The notes beneath the pieces are model-generated. The model saw nothing but the letters and a program-made list of their open reading frames with translations. It searched no databases and was not told the origin of the DNA. Below, piece after piece: positions 9,401 to 19,175 of a stretch of DNA of 64,000 nucleotides (position 1 is the first letter of the stretch; the number at the start of each line of letters is the position of its first letter). The stretch spans positions 96,001-160,000 of the forward strand of contig JAULAX010000015.1 in the NCBI GenBank assembly GCA_032654565.1, written 5' to 3'. The position numbers and the translations under genes were made by a program. Source of the stretch: Anaeromyxobacteraceae bacterium (GTDB lineage: Bacteria; Myxococcota; Myxococcia; Myxococcales; Anaeromyxobacteraceae).

Positions 9401-11575
9401 CTACGACTCCACCCGCAGGTACCGCCCCGCCTCCCAGTCGGCGGTGCTGGCCTTGTACCAGCGGGAGAAGCGGCTCCCCGAGGCGCCGCCGGACATCGAC
9501 ATGAACAGCTCCCGGGAGGCCAGGTCGGTCACCATCCTGAAGCTGGCGGCGAAGGAGCCCTCGCGGCCGGCGAAGCGGTAGCGCTGCGCCTGGGGGATGG
9601 TGGCCCGGCTGCCGACGTGCTCGAAGGCGTGGTCGAAGCCGAGCCAGCGTGGCAGCTTGCCGCCGAAGAAGAGGTTGTTCACCCAGAGGCGCGCCACCTC
9701 GCCGTGGCGCGGCGCCGGCCGGGCCAGCCCGCGCTCGATGGCGGTCCTGAAGAGCGCCTCCCGCGGCTGGCCGGCGAACCAGGCGGAGCGCTCGGAGAGC
9801 AGCACGGCGTCGAAGTTCCCGTGGAGCATGGGGAAGAGCACCGACTCGTCGAGCGCGAAGGCCAGCGCCCCCTCGCCCATCCCCAGCTCGCCGAAGACCA
9901 GCTCCACCAGGGCCCGGTAGACGTTCTCGAAGCGGGTGGCCCCCACCGAGCCGGCGGTGTAGCGCAGGTCCCACCCGGCCAGCTCCCGCCCCGCCGGCGT
10001 CCGTGGCAGCAGCGGCCGCAGCAGCGCCATGAACCGCTCGGCCTGCAGCGAGTAGCGGTCGTGGTGCAGCCGCTGCAGGTCCTCGACGCCGTGGGTGGGC
10101 CGCTCGTCGAGCCGCCGCCGGATCAGCTCGGCGCGGTACGGGGCCATGGGCAGGGTCATGGGCCGGACCTCGCCGAAGGCGTTGAGGTCGTTGTTGGCGG
10201 TGACGTGCACGCCGCCGGGCGGGTTGACGGCGCGCGGGTAGCGGCGCGGATCGATCGGCCCCCGCCAGGCGTCGCCCGGCTCCCAGCCGAGGTAGGGGAG
10301 CAGGCCGGAGCTGCCCGGCTTCTTCTCCGGGAAGAGGCCGCCCAGCTGGTAGCCGATGTCATGCTGGTCGGCCAGCACCCAGTTGAACGGCGAGAAGGTG
10401 AGGCCGGCGAAGAGGTCGATGGCCTCCTTCACCGAGCCGGCGCGGAAGATGCGGAAGAAGGCGTCGAGGCTCTGCGCCGCGGTCCCCGGGTACTTCTTGA
10501 TGGCCAGGGCCAGCGCCAGGTGGTGGCCGTCCTCGAGCGACTCGCCCTCGATGGTCCCGTGGTCGGTGCTGGCGACGCGGAAGCTCACCGGCGCCCCCTG
10601 CTTCCGCCGGATCACCTCCTCGCGCACCGTCACCGGCACCCAGCGGTCGCCGCGCCGCACCTGTCCGTCGCGCAGCTCCTCCACGAAGTGGTCGCTGAGA
10701 TCCATGGTGCCGTAGGTGGCGGCCCAGGCCAGGTGGCGGGTCCGGCCGATGGCCACCGCCGGCGCTCCGGCCACGCTGGCGCCGCTCAGCACCCGGTCGC
10801 CGCAGCGGAGCGTCACCTGGTACCAGACGTTGGGGAGCTGCAGGTTGAGGTGGGGATCGGCCGCCAGCAGGGCGCTGCCGGTGGCCGAGCGGCCCGGGCC
10901 GAGCACCCAGTTGTTGCTGGCCGAGAAGGAGGGGAGCAGCCGCTTCCAGCCGGCGGTGGGCGGGACGATGGGGGCCATCCCCTTGAGGCCGCGCAGCAGC
11001 TCGACCAGCGCCGGGGTGAGGGCCTCGGTGATGGGCGGGAAGAGCTCCTGGAGCCGGGCCTCGTCGAGCCCGGCCTGGACGAGCTGGATGATGAACTTCT
11101 CGGCGTCGGCCTGGGTGGAGGCGAGCCCGACGTAGCCGATCATCTTGGCCACCAGCAGCACGTCGGCGGCGGTCCAGGGCTCGGCCCGGTAGCCCACCAG
11201 CCGGAACTCCAGCGGCCGGGGGCTGGCCGCCACCGCGGCGTTGACCCCGCGGCAGTAGGCCTCCACCAGGGCCCGGGCCTCGGGCGTGAGCAGGGCCACC
11301 TCGCGCTCGGCGTCGCCGGCCAGGTCGAGCCAGCGCAGGTACTTGTCCACCTCGAGCATCTCCGGGCCGGCGTCGAGGTGCTGCGAGCCCTGGCCCCGGC
11401 CGATGATCCGGGTCACCCACATCTGCACCTGGCGGTCGAGGGCGTGCAGGTAGCCGAGGCCGAAGAACATGTCCGGCTCGGTGCCGGCGGTGACCTGCGG
11501 GTAGCCGAGCTGGTCGCGGTGGACCTGGAGCTGGCCGTCGATGGCGCGGAGGGTGAAGTCGTTCCCGTGGCTCAT
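9401..11575 (-). CDS. Penicillin acylase family Ntn-hydrolase
   Basis: Start MSHGNDF after GGAG; GYLHALDR, nucleophile SNNW, LAADPHL, TANND. Confidence 0.88.
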   Translation of the reverse strand: MSHGNDFTLRAIDGQLQVHRDQLGYPQVTAGTEPDMFFGLGYLHALDRQVQMWVTRIIGRGQGSQHLDAGPEMLEVDKYLRWLDLAGDAEREVALLTPEARALVEAYCRGVNAAVAASPRPLEFRLVGYRAEPWTAADVLLVAKMIGYVGLASTQADAEKFIIQLVQAGLDEARLQELFPPITEALTPALVELLRGLKGMAPIVPPTAGWKRLLPSFSASNNWVLGPGRSATGSALLAADPHLNLQLPNVWYQVTLRCGDRVLSGASVAGAPAVAIGRTRHLAWAATYGTMDLSDHFVEELRDGQVRRGDRWVPVTVREEVIRRKQGAPVSFRVASTDHGTIEGESLEDGHHLALALAIKKYPGTAAQSLDAFFRIFRAGSVKEAIDLFAGLTFSPFNWVLADQHDIGYQLGGLFPEKKPGSSGLLPYLGWEPGDAWRGPIDPRRYPRAVNPPGGVHVTANNDLNAFGEVRPMTLPMAPYRAELIRRRLDERPTHGVEDLQRLHHDRYSLQAERFMALLRPLLPRTPAGRELAGWDLRYTAGSVGATRFENVYRALVELVFGELGMGEGALAFALDESVLFPMLHGNFDAVLLSERSAWFAGQPREALFRTAIERGLARPAPRHGEVARLWVNNLFFGGKLPRWLGFDHAFEHVGSRATIPQAQRYRFAGREGSFAASFRMVTDLASRELFMSMSGGASGSRFSRWYKASTADWEAGRYLRVES

Positions 11576-11864
11576 GCGGCTCCCTCGTGGCCCGGCCCGG
11601 GGTCGCCGAGAGGACCGGGGTCGCCGCCGGGCGTGGCGGTGGGGCCGGTCGGCGCGCGCGCGGTGTCCATGCCGGCGCCGAGCTTCGCCGAGGCGGGGCG
11701 GGCTGTCCATCGGGCCGGTCCAGGCAGCCGACCTGGGCCAGTTTTCCCCTGACCGAGGGTTCCGCCGCGCGGACCATGGTCCGCGCTTCGGCCGCCGTCG
11801 GTCCTGGTCCACCCTTGGAATTCCAGGGACTTGCGGCGGCCCCGGGCTTGCCCTGCGACGGGGG

Positions 11865-12125
11865 ATGCCACGCCTCAGCGCCTTCTTCGGGATCGTCGTC
11901 TCCATGTACTACGAGGACCACCTCCCGCCGCACTTCCACGCCGTCTACGGCGGGGCACGAGCGGCCATCCGCATCGACACGCTCGAGGTCCTGCGTGGCT
12001 CCCTCCCCAGGCGGGCCCTGGCGCTCGTGGTGGAGTGGGCCATCCTCCACCGGACCGAGCTGGCCGCCGACTGGGAGCGGGCCCGCCGGCTGGAGCCGCT
12101 GGAATCGATCGCCCCGCTCGACTAG
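11865..12125 (+). CDS. DUF4160-family protein (putative toxin of a DUF4160/DUF2442 pair)
   Basis: MPRLSAFFGIVVSMYYEDHLPPHFHAVY...GSLPRRALALVVEWAILHRTELAADW...IAPLD. Confidence 0.85.
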   Translation: MPRLSAFFGIVVSMYYEDHLPPHFHAVYGGARAAIRIDTLEVLRGSLPRRALALVVEWAILHRTELAADWERARRLEPLESIAPLD

Positions 12126-12134
12126 GCTCGCGGC

Positions 12135-12395
12135 ATGGTCTGCGTCGCCTCGGTGAGATGCCTCGATGGCTTCGTGGTGGAGCTCGGCTTCACCGACGGC
12201 GCCACCAGGACCCTCGACCTCGCCCCCTACCTGCGCGGACCGGTCTTCGCGCCGCACCGAGCCGACCCGGGCTTCTTCCGGTCGGTGCGGGTCGACGACG
12301 AGCTCGGGACCCTGGTCTGGCCCGACGACACCGACCTCGATCCCGAGGTGCTTCGCTGGGGACTGCGCCCGGCCTCGTGGGACCTGGCCGGGTGA
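12135..12395 (+). CDS. DUF2442-family protein (putative antitoxin)
   Basis: VELGFTDG...DLAPYLRGPVF...FFRSVRVD..GTLVWPDDTDLDPEVL; directly after DUF4160. Confidence 0.85.
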   Translation: MVCVASVRCLDGFVVELGFTDGATRTLDLAPYLRGPVFAPHRADPGFFRSVRVDDELGTLVWPDDTDLDPEVLRWGLRPASWDLAG

Positions 12396-12399
12396 CCGC

Positions 12400-13833
12400 T
12401 CAACCCCCGACCAGCCCCCGGTAGAGCTCGCGGTACCGCTCGGCGCTGCGCGCCCAGCTGAAGTCGAGCGCCATCCCCCGGCGCATCATGGCGTGCCAGG
12501 CCCGCTTGTCGCGGAAGAGCTCCAGGGCGCGGCGCACCGCCGTCACCAGCGCCCGGTGGCTGTACTCGGTGAAGGTGAACCCGGTGCCGCTCCGCCAGCC
12601 GTCGTAGTCGACCACGGTGTCGGCCAGCCCGCCCACCCGCCGCACCAGCGGCACCGTGCCGTAGCGCAGCGAGTAGAGCTGGTTGAGGCCGCAGGGCTCG
12701 AAGCGGCTGGGCATGAGGAAGAGGTCGGCGCCGGCCTCGATGCGGTGGGCCAGCCCCTCGTCGAAGCCGATCCGCACCGCCACCCGGTCGCGGTGGGTGC
12801 GGGCCGCCTGCGCCAGCGCCTCCTCCCAGTCGAGCCGGCCGCTCCCCAGCACCGCCAGCTGCAGGTCGCGCCTGAGCAGCTCGGGCAGGGCCGCCAGCAG
12901 CAGGTCGATCCCCTTCTGGTCGGCCAGCCGGCTCACCACCGCCAGCAGCGGCACCTCGGGGCGCACCGGCAGCCCCAGCTCCTCCTGCAGGGCCCGCTTG
13001 CAGGCCGCCTTGCCGGCCAGCCGCTGGGCGTCGAAGTGGGCCGGCAGGTGCGGGTCGCTGGCCGGGTCCCACTCGGCGACGTCGATGCCGTTCAGGATCC
13101 CGGAGAGCTGCCCGGACCGCCGGCGCAGCACCCCGTCGAGCCCCTCGCCCCCCTCCCAGGTGGTGATCTCCCGGGCGTAGGTGGGCGAGACGGTGGTGAC
13201 GGCGTCGGCGAAGACCAGCCCGGCCTTCATCAGGTTGAGCCGGTCGTGGAACTCGACGCCGTCGGGCCGGAAGATCTCCCAGGGGAGCCCCAGCGCCGGC
13301 AGCAGCTCCTTGGAGTAGGAGCCCTGGTAGGCCAGGTTGTGGATGGTGAAGACCGAGCGGGTGCGGGCCAGGGCCGGGTCGGTGGCGTGCTCCTCGCGGA
13401 GCAGCCAGGCCGCCAGCGCCGTCTGCCAGTCGTTGAGGTGGAGCACCGCCGGCCGGTGGCCGAAGGCGGCCGGCACCTCCAGCCCGGCGCGGCAGAGGTA
13501 GGTGAACCGCTCGGCGTTGTCGCCGTACTCGTGGCCGTGCTCGGCGTAGAGGCTGCGCCGCGAGCCGAAGTAGCGCTCGTGCTCCACCAGGTAGGTGGTG
13601 AGCCGGCCCTGGGTGCGCGACCAGACGGTGGTGGCCTCGCCCCGCACCCGCACCGCCAGGTGACGCGGCGTGAAGCCCTGGCGGGCCGCGTCGATGAAGC
13701 CGTAGCGCGGCGAGACCACCGCCACGCTGTCCCCGGCCGCGGCCAGCGCCGCCGGCAGCGCCCCCAGCACGTCCCCGAGCCCGCCGGTCTTGGAGAGCGG
13801 CGCCACCTCGGAGGCGAGGAAGAGCAGCTCCAT
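12400..13833 (-). CDS. glgA: Glycogen synthase (GT5)
   Basis: SEVAPLSKTGGLGDV, HLNDWQT, TIHNLAYQG, MPSRFEPCGLNQ. Confidence 0.95.
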   Translation of the reverse strand: MELLFLASEVAPLSKTGGLGDVLGALPAALAAAGDSVAVVSPRYGFIDAARQGFTPRHLAVRVRGEATTVWSRTQGRLTTYLVEHERYFGSRRSLYAEHGHEYGDNAERFTYLCRAGLEVPAAFGHRPAVLHLNDWQTALAAWLLREEHATDPALARTRSVFTIHNLAYQGSYSKELLPALGLPWEIFRPDGVEFHDRLNLMKAGLVFADAVTTVSPTYAREITTWEGGEGLDGVLRRRSGQLSGILNGIDVAEWDPASDPHLPAHFDAQRLAGKAACKRALQEELGLPVRPEVPLLAVVSRLADQKGIDLLLAALPELLRRDLQLAVLGSGRLDWEEALAQAARTHRDRVAVRIGFDEGLAHRIEAGADLFLMPSRFEPCGLNQLYSLRYGTVPLVRRVGGLADTVVDYDGWRSGTGFTFTEYSHRALVTAVRRALELFRDKRAWHAMMRRGMALDFSWARSAERYRELYRGLVGG

Positions 13834-13839
13834 GGCGGG

Positions 13840-14841
13840 CTAGACCAGCACCTTGCGGAGGAACTCGGCCGCCTCCTCGGGCGGGACCGGGTTGATGTGG
13901 AAGCCGGAGCCCCACTCGAAGCCGGCCACCTGGCTGAGCGCCGGCATCACCTCGATGTGCCAGTGGTAGCTCAGGCTGGGGGCGTCGCGGACCGGGTTGG
14001 AGTGGACGATGAAGTTGAAGGGCGGATCGCCCAGCCCGGCGGAGAGCCGGCGCAGCGTGGAGCGCAGCGCCTGGGCGCACTGCCCCAGCCGCTCCTTGGG
14101 CTCGGCCTCGAAGTTCGACTCGTGGCGCTTCGGCACGATCCAGGTCTCGAACGGGCTGCGCGGCGCCCAGGGGGCGAAGACCACGAACTCCTCGTTCTCG
14201 TAGACCAGCCGGGCCCGATCCTTCCGCTCCTGGGCCACCAGGTCGCAGAAGATGCACCGCTCGCGGTGCTCGTAGTGGCGGCGGGCCCCGTCGATCTCGT
14301 CCTGCACCTGCCGCGGCGTCACCGGCAGCGCGATCAGCTGGGAGTGGGCGTGCTCCATGGAGGCGCCGGCCTGGTGCCCCTGGTTCTTGAAGAGCAGGAT
14401 GTAGCGGAAGCGGGGGTCGTTGCGCAGGTCGAGGATGCGGGCCTTGAAGGCGAAGAGCACCTCGGTGACCTCGTGGTCGGAGAGGTCCTTCATCTGCCGG
14501 GGGTGATCGGCGGTCTCGATGACCACCTCGTGGGCCCCCACCCCGTTCATCAGGTCGTAGATCCCCTCGGCCTTGCGGTCGAGCTCCCCCTCGATCTTGA
14601 GGGCCGGGAACCGGTTGGGCACCACCCGCACCTTCCAGCCCGGGCCGTTGGGCGGCAGGGCCGGCGGCCGCCCCTGCACGTAGACCTCGCGCGGGGTCTT
14701 GTCCTCCTGCCCGGCGCAGAAGGGGCAGAGGCTGTCGGGGCCGCGGGGCGCGGGGCGGACGAAGTCGCTGGGCCGCCCGGCCCGGTCGGTGGCGATGATC
14801 ACCCAGCGGCCCACGATGGGATCTCGGCGAAGCTCGGGCAT
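13840..14841 (-). CDS. galT: GalT-family nucleotidyltransferase
   Basis: MPELRRDPIVGRWVIIA, CPFC, NRFPAL, GASMEHAHSQ (HxHxQ), CIFC, AGFEWG. Confidence 0.85.
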   Translation of the reverse strand: MPELRRDPIVGRWVIIATDRAGRPSDFVRPAPRGPDSLCPFCAGQEDKTPREVYVQGRPPALPPNGPGWKVRVVPNRFPALKIEGELDRKAEGIYDLMNGVGAHEVVIETADHPRQMKDLSDHEVTEVLFAFKARILDLRNDPRFRYILLFKNQGHQAGASMEHAHSQLIALPVTPRQVQDEIDGARRHYEHRERCIFCDLVAQERKDRARLVYENEEFVVFAPWAPRSPFETWIVPKRHESNFEAEPKERLGQCAQALRSTLRRLSAGLGDPPFNFIVHSNPVRDAPSLSYHWHIEVMPALSQVAGFEWGSGFHINPVPPEEAAEFLRKVLV

Positions 14842-14845
14842 GTGA

Positions 14846-16045
14846 TCAGCGCTCCTCGGCGAGGGCCGGGCCGGGGTCCGGCGGCGGCCGCAGGGTGGTG
14901 GCCACCGCCGCGGCGATGGCCATGAGCAGGCCGCCGGCCACGTAGGGGAAGGCGGCGGCCAGGGCGTAGCTGGCGGTGCCGGAGATGGGGCCGATGATCC
15001 GGCCCAGCGCCGACGCCGACTCGCCCAGCCCCATGGTCCCGCCCTGGTCTTCCTTCCTGGCCAGCTTGGAGAGCAGCGCCGAGAGGGTCGGCTGGGTCAG
15101 GCCGCTGCCCAGCGACATGGGGGCCAGCACCACCAGCAGGCCGGTGGTGGTGGCGGCGAAGGGGAGGACCACGAAGGTGGCCGCCTGCAGGGCCAGGCCG
15201 ACGATGAGCAGCTTGCGCTCGCCGTAGCGCTTGGCCAGCGGCCGGACCAGCCCGCCCTGCACCACCACCGCCAGCACCCCGATGTAGACGAAGACGTAGG
15301 GGACGTCGTGGTCGTGGATGCCGAAGGCGTCGGCGGCCAGGAAGGCGAAGGTGTTCTCCAGCGCCGAGAAGGCCAGGATGGAGAGGAAGGAGACCAGCAG
15401 CAGGCCGCGGATCCCCGGCCGGCCCAGCTCCTCGAAGAGGGCGGCGAAGCGGGGGCGGTGGCTGGCCCGGGCGTGGCTCTCCGGCTCGCGCAGGATGAAC
15501 CAGGCCGCCACCAGGTTGAGGGTGGCCAGCGCCGCCGCCGCGTAGCCGGGGGCGGCCAGCGAGTAGTGGGTGGAGAGCAGGCCGCCCATGGCCGGCCCGA
15601 GGATGAAGCCGAGGCCGAAGGAGATCCCGATGATGGCCATGCCGCCGGCCCGCTCCTCGGGCGGGGTGACGTCGGCCACGTAGGCGCGGGCGATGGCCAG
15701 GTTGGCGGTGGCGGCCCCGGCGAAGAGGCGGGAGACCAGCAGCCACTCGAAGGTCGGGGCCAGCGCGTAGCCGAGGAAGCCGACCGCGGTCATGGCGATG
15801 GAGCCGAGCAGCATGGGGCGGCGGCCGTAGCGGTCCGAGAGCCGGCCCCAGATGGGCGCGAAGACGAGCTGCATCGCCGAGTAGCCGGCCGAGAGCAGCC
15901 CGGTGACCGCCTCGGAGACGCCGAAGTGGCGGGCGTAGAGCGGCATGGTCGGGATCACCATCCCGAACCCGAGGAGATCGACGAAGACGACCAGGAAGAG
16001 GACGCCCAGGGCGGTGCGGCCACGGGCGGGGGGCAGGCGTGTCAC
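14846..16045 (-). CDS. MFS transporter, TetA/DHA1-like
   Basis: GRLSDRYGRRP motif A, GLGFILGPAMGG motif C; GTG at 16045. Confidence 0.88.
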   Translation of the reverse strand: MTRLPPARGRTALGVLFLVVFVDLLGFGMVIPTMPLYARHFGVSEAVTGLLSAGYSAMQLVFAPIWGRLSDRYGRRPMLLGSIAMTAVGFLGYALAPTFEWLLVSRLFAGAATANLAIARAYVADVTPPEERAGGMAIIGISFGLGFILGPAMGGLLSTHYSLAAPGYAAAALATLNLVAAWFILREPESHARASHRPRFAALFEELGRPGIRGLLLVSFLSILAFSALENTFAFLAADAFGIHDHDVPYVFVYIGVLAVVVQGGLVRPLAKRYGERKLLIVGLALQAATFVVLPFAATTTGLLVVLAPMSLGSGLTQPTLSALLSKLARKEDQGGTMGLGESASALGRIIGPISGTASYALAAAFPYVAGGLLMAIAAAVATTLRPPPDPGPALAEER

Positions 16046-16117
16046 GGGCGCGGAGCATACCCGCAGACGCCCCGGCGCGGCAGGGGTCGAGACCACCTCC
16101 CCGGACCGCGCCGCTGC

Positions 16118-16963
16118 TCAACCAGCGAGCAGGTGCGGGGCCAGCACCTCGTCGAGGGTCAGCGGCGGCCGCCCCTGCCGCCGGGCGTGGACCGACAGCA
16201 GCGTCTCCACGGCGCGCCGCCCCGCCGCCCCCAGCGCCACCGAGTGCTCGTTGACGTAGAGGTCGATGTGCTGGCGCATCACCGACTCCTCCAGCGCCTG
16301 GGCGTGGCGCACCACGTAGGGGGAGAGGGCGCCGCCGCCGGCCCGGGCCGCCTCGACGCTGGCCCGGACCAGCTGGTCGAGCTGGCGCAGCAGCGCCGGC
16401 CCCAGGCTGCGCCGGGCCACGATGCCGCCCAGCGGGATGGGGGCGCCGGTCCGCTCCTCCCAGGCCTCGCCGAGGTCGAGCAGCTTCACCAGCCCATGCG
16501 CCGCGTAGGTGAAGCGGCTCTCGTGGATGATGACGCCGGCGTCCACCTCGCCGCGCGCCACCGCCGCCTCGATCCCGGAGAAGCGCATGAAGCGCCGCCC
16601 CGCCGCCCCCGGGTAGACCAGGGAGAAGAGCAGGTGGGCGGTGGTCTGCTCGCCGGGGATGGCCACCGTGGAGCGCTCCGGGTCGAAGGCCTGCCCCGGC
16701 CGCGTCACCAGCAGCGGCCCCACCCCCCGCCCCAGCGCCCCGCCCGACTCCAGCAGCGCGTAGCGGCCGGCCACCTCGGGCAGCACGCCGTAGGAGAGCT
16801 TGCTGACGTCGAGCCGCCCGGCCAGCGCCCACTCGTTGAGCGTCTGCACGTCCTCGTGGAAGACCTCGAGCTGGAGGCCGCCGGTGTCGAGCCGGCCGTT
16901 GACCAGGGCGTCGAAGATGAAGGTGTCGTTGGGGCAGGGCGAGAGGCCCAGGGTCAGCGTCAT
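16118..16963 (-). CDS. mqnD: 1,4-dihydroxy-6-naphthoate synthase (futalosine menaquinone pathway)
   Basis: MTLTLGLSPCPNDTFIFDAL, GGALGRGVGP, GVIIHESRFTY, PIPLGGI, HIDLYVN. Confidence 0.92.
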   Translation of the reverse strand: MTLTLGLSPCPNDTFIFDALVNGRLDTGGLQLEVFHEDVQTLNEWALAGRLDVSKLSYGVLPEVAGRYALLESGGALGRGVGPLLVTRPGQAFDPERSTVAIPGEQTTAHLLFSLVYPGAAGRRFMRFSGIEAAVARGEVDAGVIIHESRFTYAAHGLVKLLDLGEAWEERTGAPIPLGGIVARRSLGPALLRQLDQLVRASVEAARAGGGALSPYVVRHAQALEESVMRQHIDLYVNEHSVALGAAGRRAVETLLSVHARRQGRPPLTLDEVLAPHLLAG

Positions 16964-16973
16964 GGCCCGGAGC

Positions 16974-19151
16974 CTAGACCCGCCAGTTGACGCCGTCGAA
17001 GTCGCGGTCGGGGACGACCACGGTGACGAAGCCGTAGCGCGGCAGCCGCTCCACCTCCACCTGGCTGCGCAGCACGTGGACCGCCAGCGCCACCTTGTCG
17101 CCGGCCGCCAGCCCGAGCACGGCGAAGGGGATGGAGAGCTCGAGCACGTCGAGGAAGGCGGCCTGCCCGGCCGCCACGCCGCCCGGGGCCCGCCCCTCGC
17201 GCCGCTCCCCGTCGGGCCGCAGCTCGAAGTCCACCTCCACCTGCCGCCCGCGGGAGACCAGCTCGACGCGCACGTGGTTCCCCACCTCGGCGGCGCGGGG
17301 CGAGGACTCGGCCGGGTCGAGCCGGAGGTGGAGGGCCTCGAGGTCGAAGCCGAAGCGGAGCAGGCCGAAGGCGTGGGAGCCGCCGTACATCGAGCCGCGC
17401 GGCTGCCCGGGCCGGTAGAGCCCCGACCCCTGCCACTCGAAGAAGGTGGTCTCGCGGCCGTCGAGGGTGGGGGTGAAGAGCACGGTGGGATCGCGCAGCG
17501 GCCGGGCCTCGGCGCTGGCGGCGGCCGCCTCCACCCGCTTGATGGGCTCGAGCGCCTCGGGCGGTGGTGGGGCCCCGGCCAGCCGCGCCGCCTGCACCAC
17601 GTGGCCGCGGAAGAGGGCGTCGAACTCGGCCAGCTGCTCGGAGGCGAAGTCGTCGCCGTACCACCAGAACCAGTCGGAGCCCTCGGCCGCGTAGCAGTGG
17701 CGCCGGGCCCGGGCCAGCCGCTCCTCGTCGCCGCCGGCCTGGGCCGCCGCCTCCACGGCGTCGCGGGCCTTGCCCAGCGCCGTCCAGCCGCGCCGGTCCT
17801 CGGCGTGGCCGATCCAGATCCGGTAGGAGGCCTCGATCCAGCTCCCCGAGTGGATGCGGGGGATGGCCGGGCCGGGGGCGTCCTTGACCGCCTCGCCCAC
17901 CGTGGTGGTGGTGATGCGGGGGCGCGACTCCAGCCGGCTCCAGAGGGCGTCGAGGAACTCGTGGCCGGAGTTGGGGTAGTGCTCCCAGGCGTTCTCGCCG
18001 TCGAGGAAGACGCCCACCGTGGCCGGCCCCTGGTGGCCGTCGCGGGCCCAGCCCCGGCCGATCTCCTCGACACGGCCGGTGAAGTCGGCGGCCGCCTCGC
18101 CGGCCTCGGCGCGGGCGTAGTTGAAGCCGATCAGGTCGGAGAGCGAGCGGTCGCGGAAGAGCATCTTCAGCTCCCGGCCGTCGCCGGCCCTCACCCGCCA
18201 GGGCCGGTAGACCGAGCCGGCCCGCGGCGCCTCCGGCGGCAGCGAGTGGAGCAGCACCGCCTCGTCGGAGCAGGCCCAGCCCACCCCCTCGCTGGCCAGC
18301 ACCTCGAGCGCCTCGGGCGAGACCGAGCCCTCGGCCGGCCACATCCCGGCCGGCGGCGCCCCGAAGCGGCGGGCGTGGCTCTCCATGGCCTCGCGCACCT
18401 GCCAGCGGGCGTCCTCGGGGCGGCGGAAGCGCGGCGGCAGCTCCAGCCCGGGCAGGGCGCGGTGGGCGGCGTCGCTGTCACAGACCAGCGGCAGGATGGG
18501 GTGGAAGTAGGGGGTCGAGCTCAGCTCCACCTGCCCGCGCTCGGCCAGCTTGCGCCAGCGCGGCACCACCGCCGCCAGCAGGGTGCGCTGCGCCGCCAGC
18601 AGCTCGTCGAGGTCGGTGGCGTCGTACCCCTGCCCCTTCTCGCGCAGCCCCTGCAGCGAGGGGAGGTCGCGGAGCCCGCCGAAGCCGATCCAGGAGAGGT
18701 TGAAGAGCACCTGCAGGTCGGTCAGCTCCTGGGCGGTGAAGCCGGCCGCCACCCGCGGCAGGTCGACGGTGCGCAGGTCGCGCCCGCGCCGGTGGAGCAG
18801 CTCCCAGTAGCGGGGCAGCGGGCGGATGTTGGTCTCCCAGTCGACCATGAAGAACTGGCGCAGCACCGCCTGGCGCTCCTCGGGGGTGAGGTCGGCGGCG
18901 GGGCGGGCGGTGAGGTCGAGGAAGCGGTCGCGGGCGGTCCCGGCCACGTACTCCTCGAGCTGCTCGAGCAGCACCGGCGTGAAGTTGACGGTGCAGCGGA
19001 TGCCGGGGTGGCGGTCCAGCATCCAGGCCATGTCGTAGTAGGCGCGGGTGGCGTGCAGCCGCACCCAGGGCATGAGGTACTCGCCCGTCTCCGGCTCCCG
19101 GTAGAGGGGCTGGTGCATGTGCCACAGGAAGGCGAGACGGACCGGGGCCAT
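16974..19151 (-). CDS. Glycoside hydrolase family 57 (amylopullulanase-like)
   Basis: WHMHQP, TPYFHPILPL, GMWPAEGSVS, FLDGENAWE, AEGSDWFWW. Confidence 0.92.
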   Translation of the reverse strand: MAPVRLAFLWHMHQPLYREPETGEYLMPWVRLHATRAYYDMAWMLDRHPGIRCTVNFTPVLLEQLEEYVAGTARDRFLDLTARPAADLTPEERQAVLRQFFMVDWETNIRPLPRYWELLHRRGRDLRTVDLPRVAAGFTAQELTDLQVLFNLSWIGFGGLRDLPSLQGLREKGQGYDATDLDELLAAQRTLLAAVVPRWRKLAERGQVELSSTPYFHPILPLVCDSDAAHRALPGLELPPRFRRPEDARWQVREAMESHARRFGAPPAGMWPAEGSVSPEALEVLASEGVGWACSDEAVLLHSLPPEAPRAGSVYRPWRVRAGDGRELKMLFRDRSLSDLIGFNYARAEAGEAAADFTGRVEEIGRGWARDGHQGPATVGVFLDGENAWEHYPNSGHEFLDALWSRLESRPRITTTTVGEAVKDAPGPAIPRIHSGSWIEASYRIWIGHAEDRRGWTALGKARDAVEAAAQAGGDEERLARARRHCYAAEGSDWFWWYGDDFASEQLAEFDALFRGHVVQAARLAGAPPPPEALEPIKRVEAAAASAEARPLRDPTVLFTPTLDGRETTFFEWQGSGLYRPGQPRGSMYGGSHAFGLLRFGFDLEALHLRLDPAESSPRAAEVGNHVRVELVSRGRQVEVDFELRPDGERREGRAPGGVAAGQAAFLDVLELSIPFAVLGLAAGDKVALAVHVLRSQVEVERLPRYGFVTVVVPDRDFDGVNWRV

Positions 19152-19175
19152 CGGGGGACGGGCGCCGCCGGGAGG

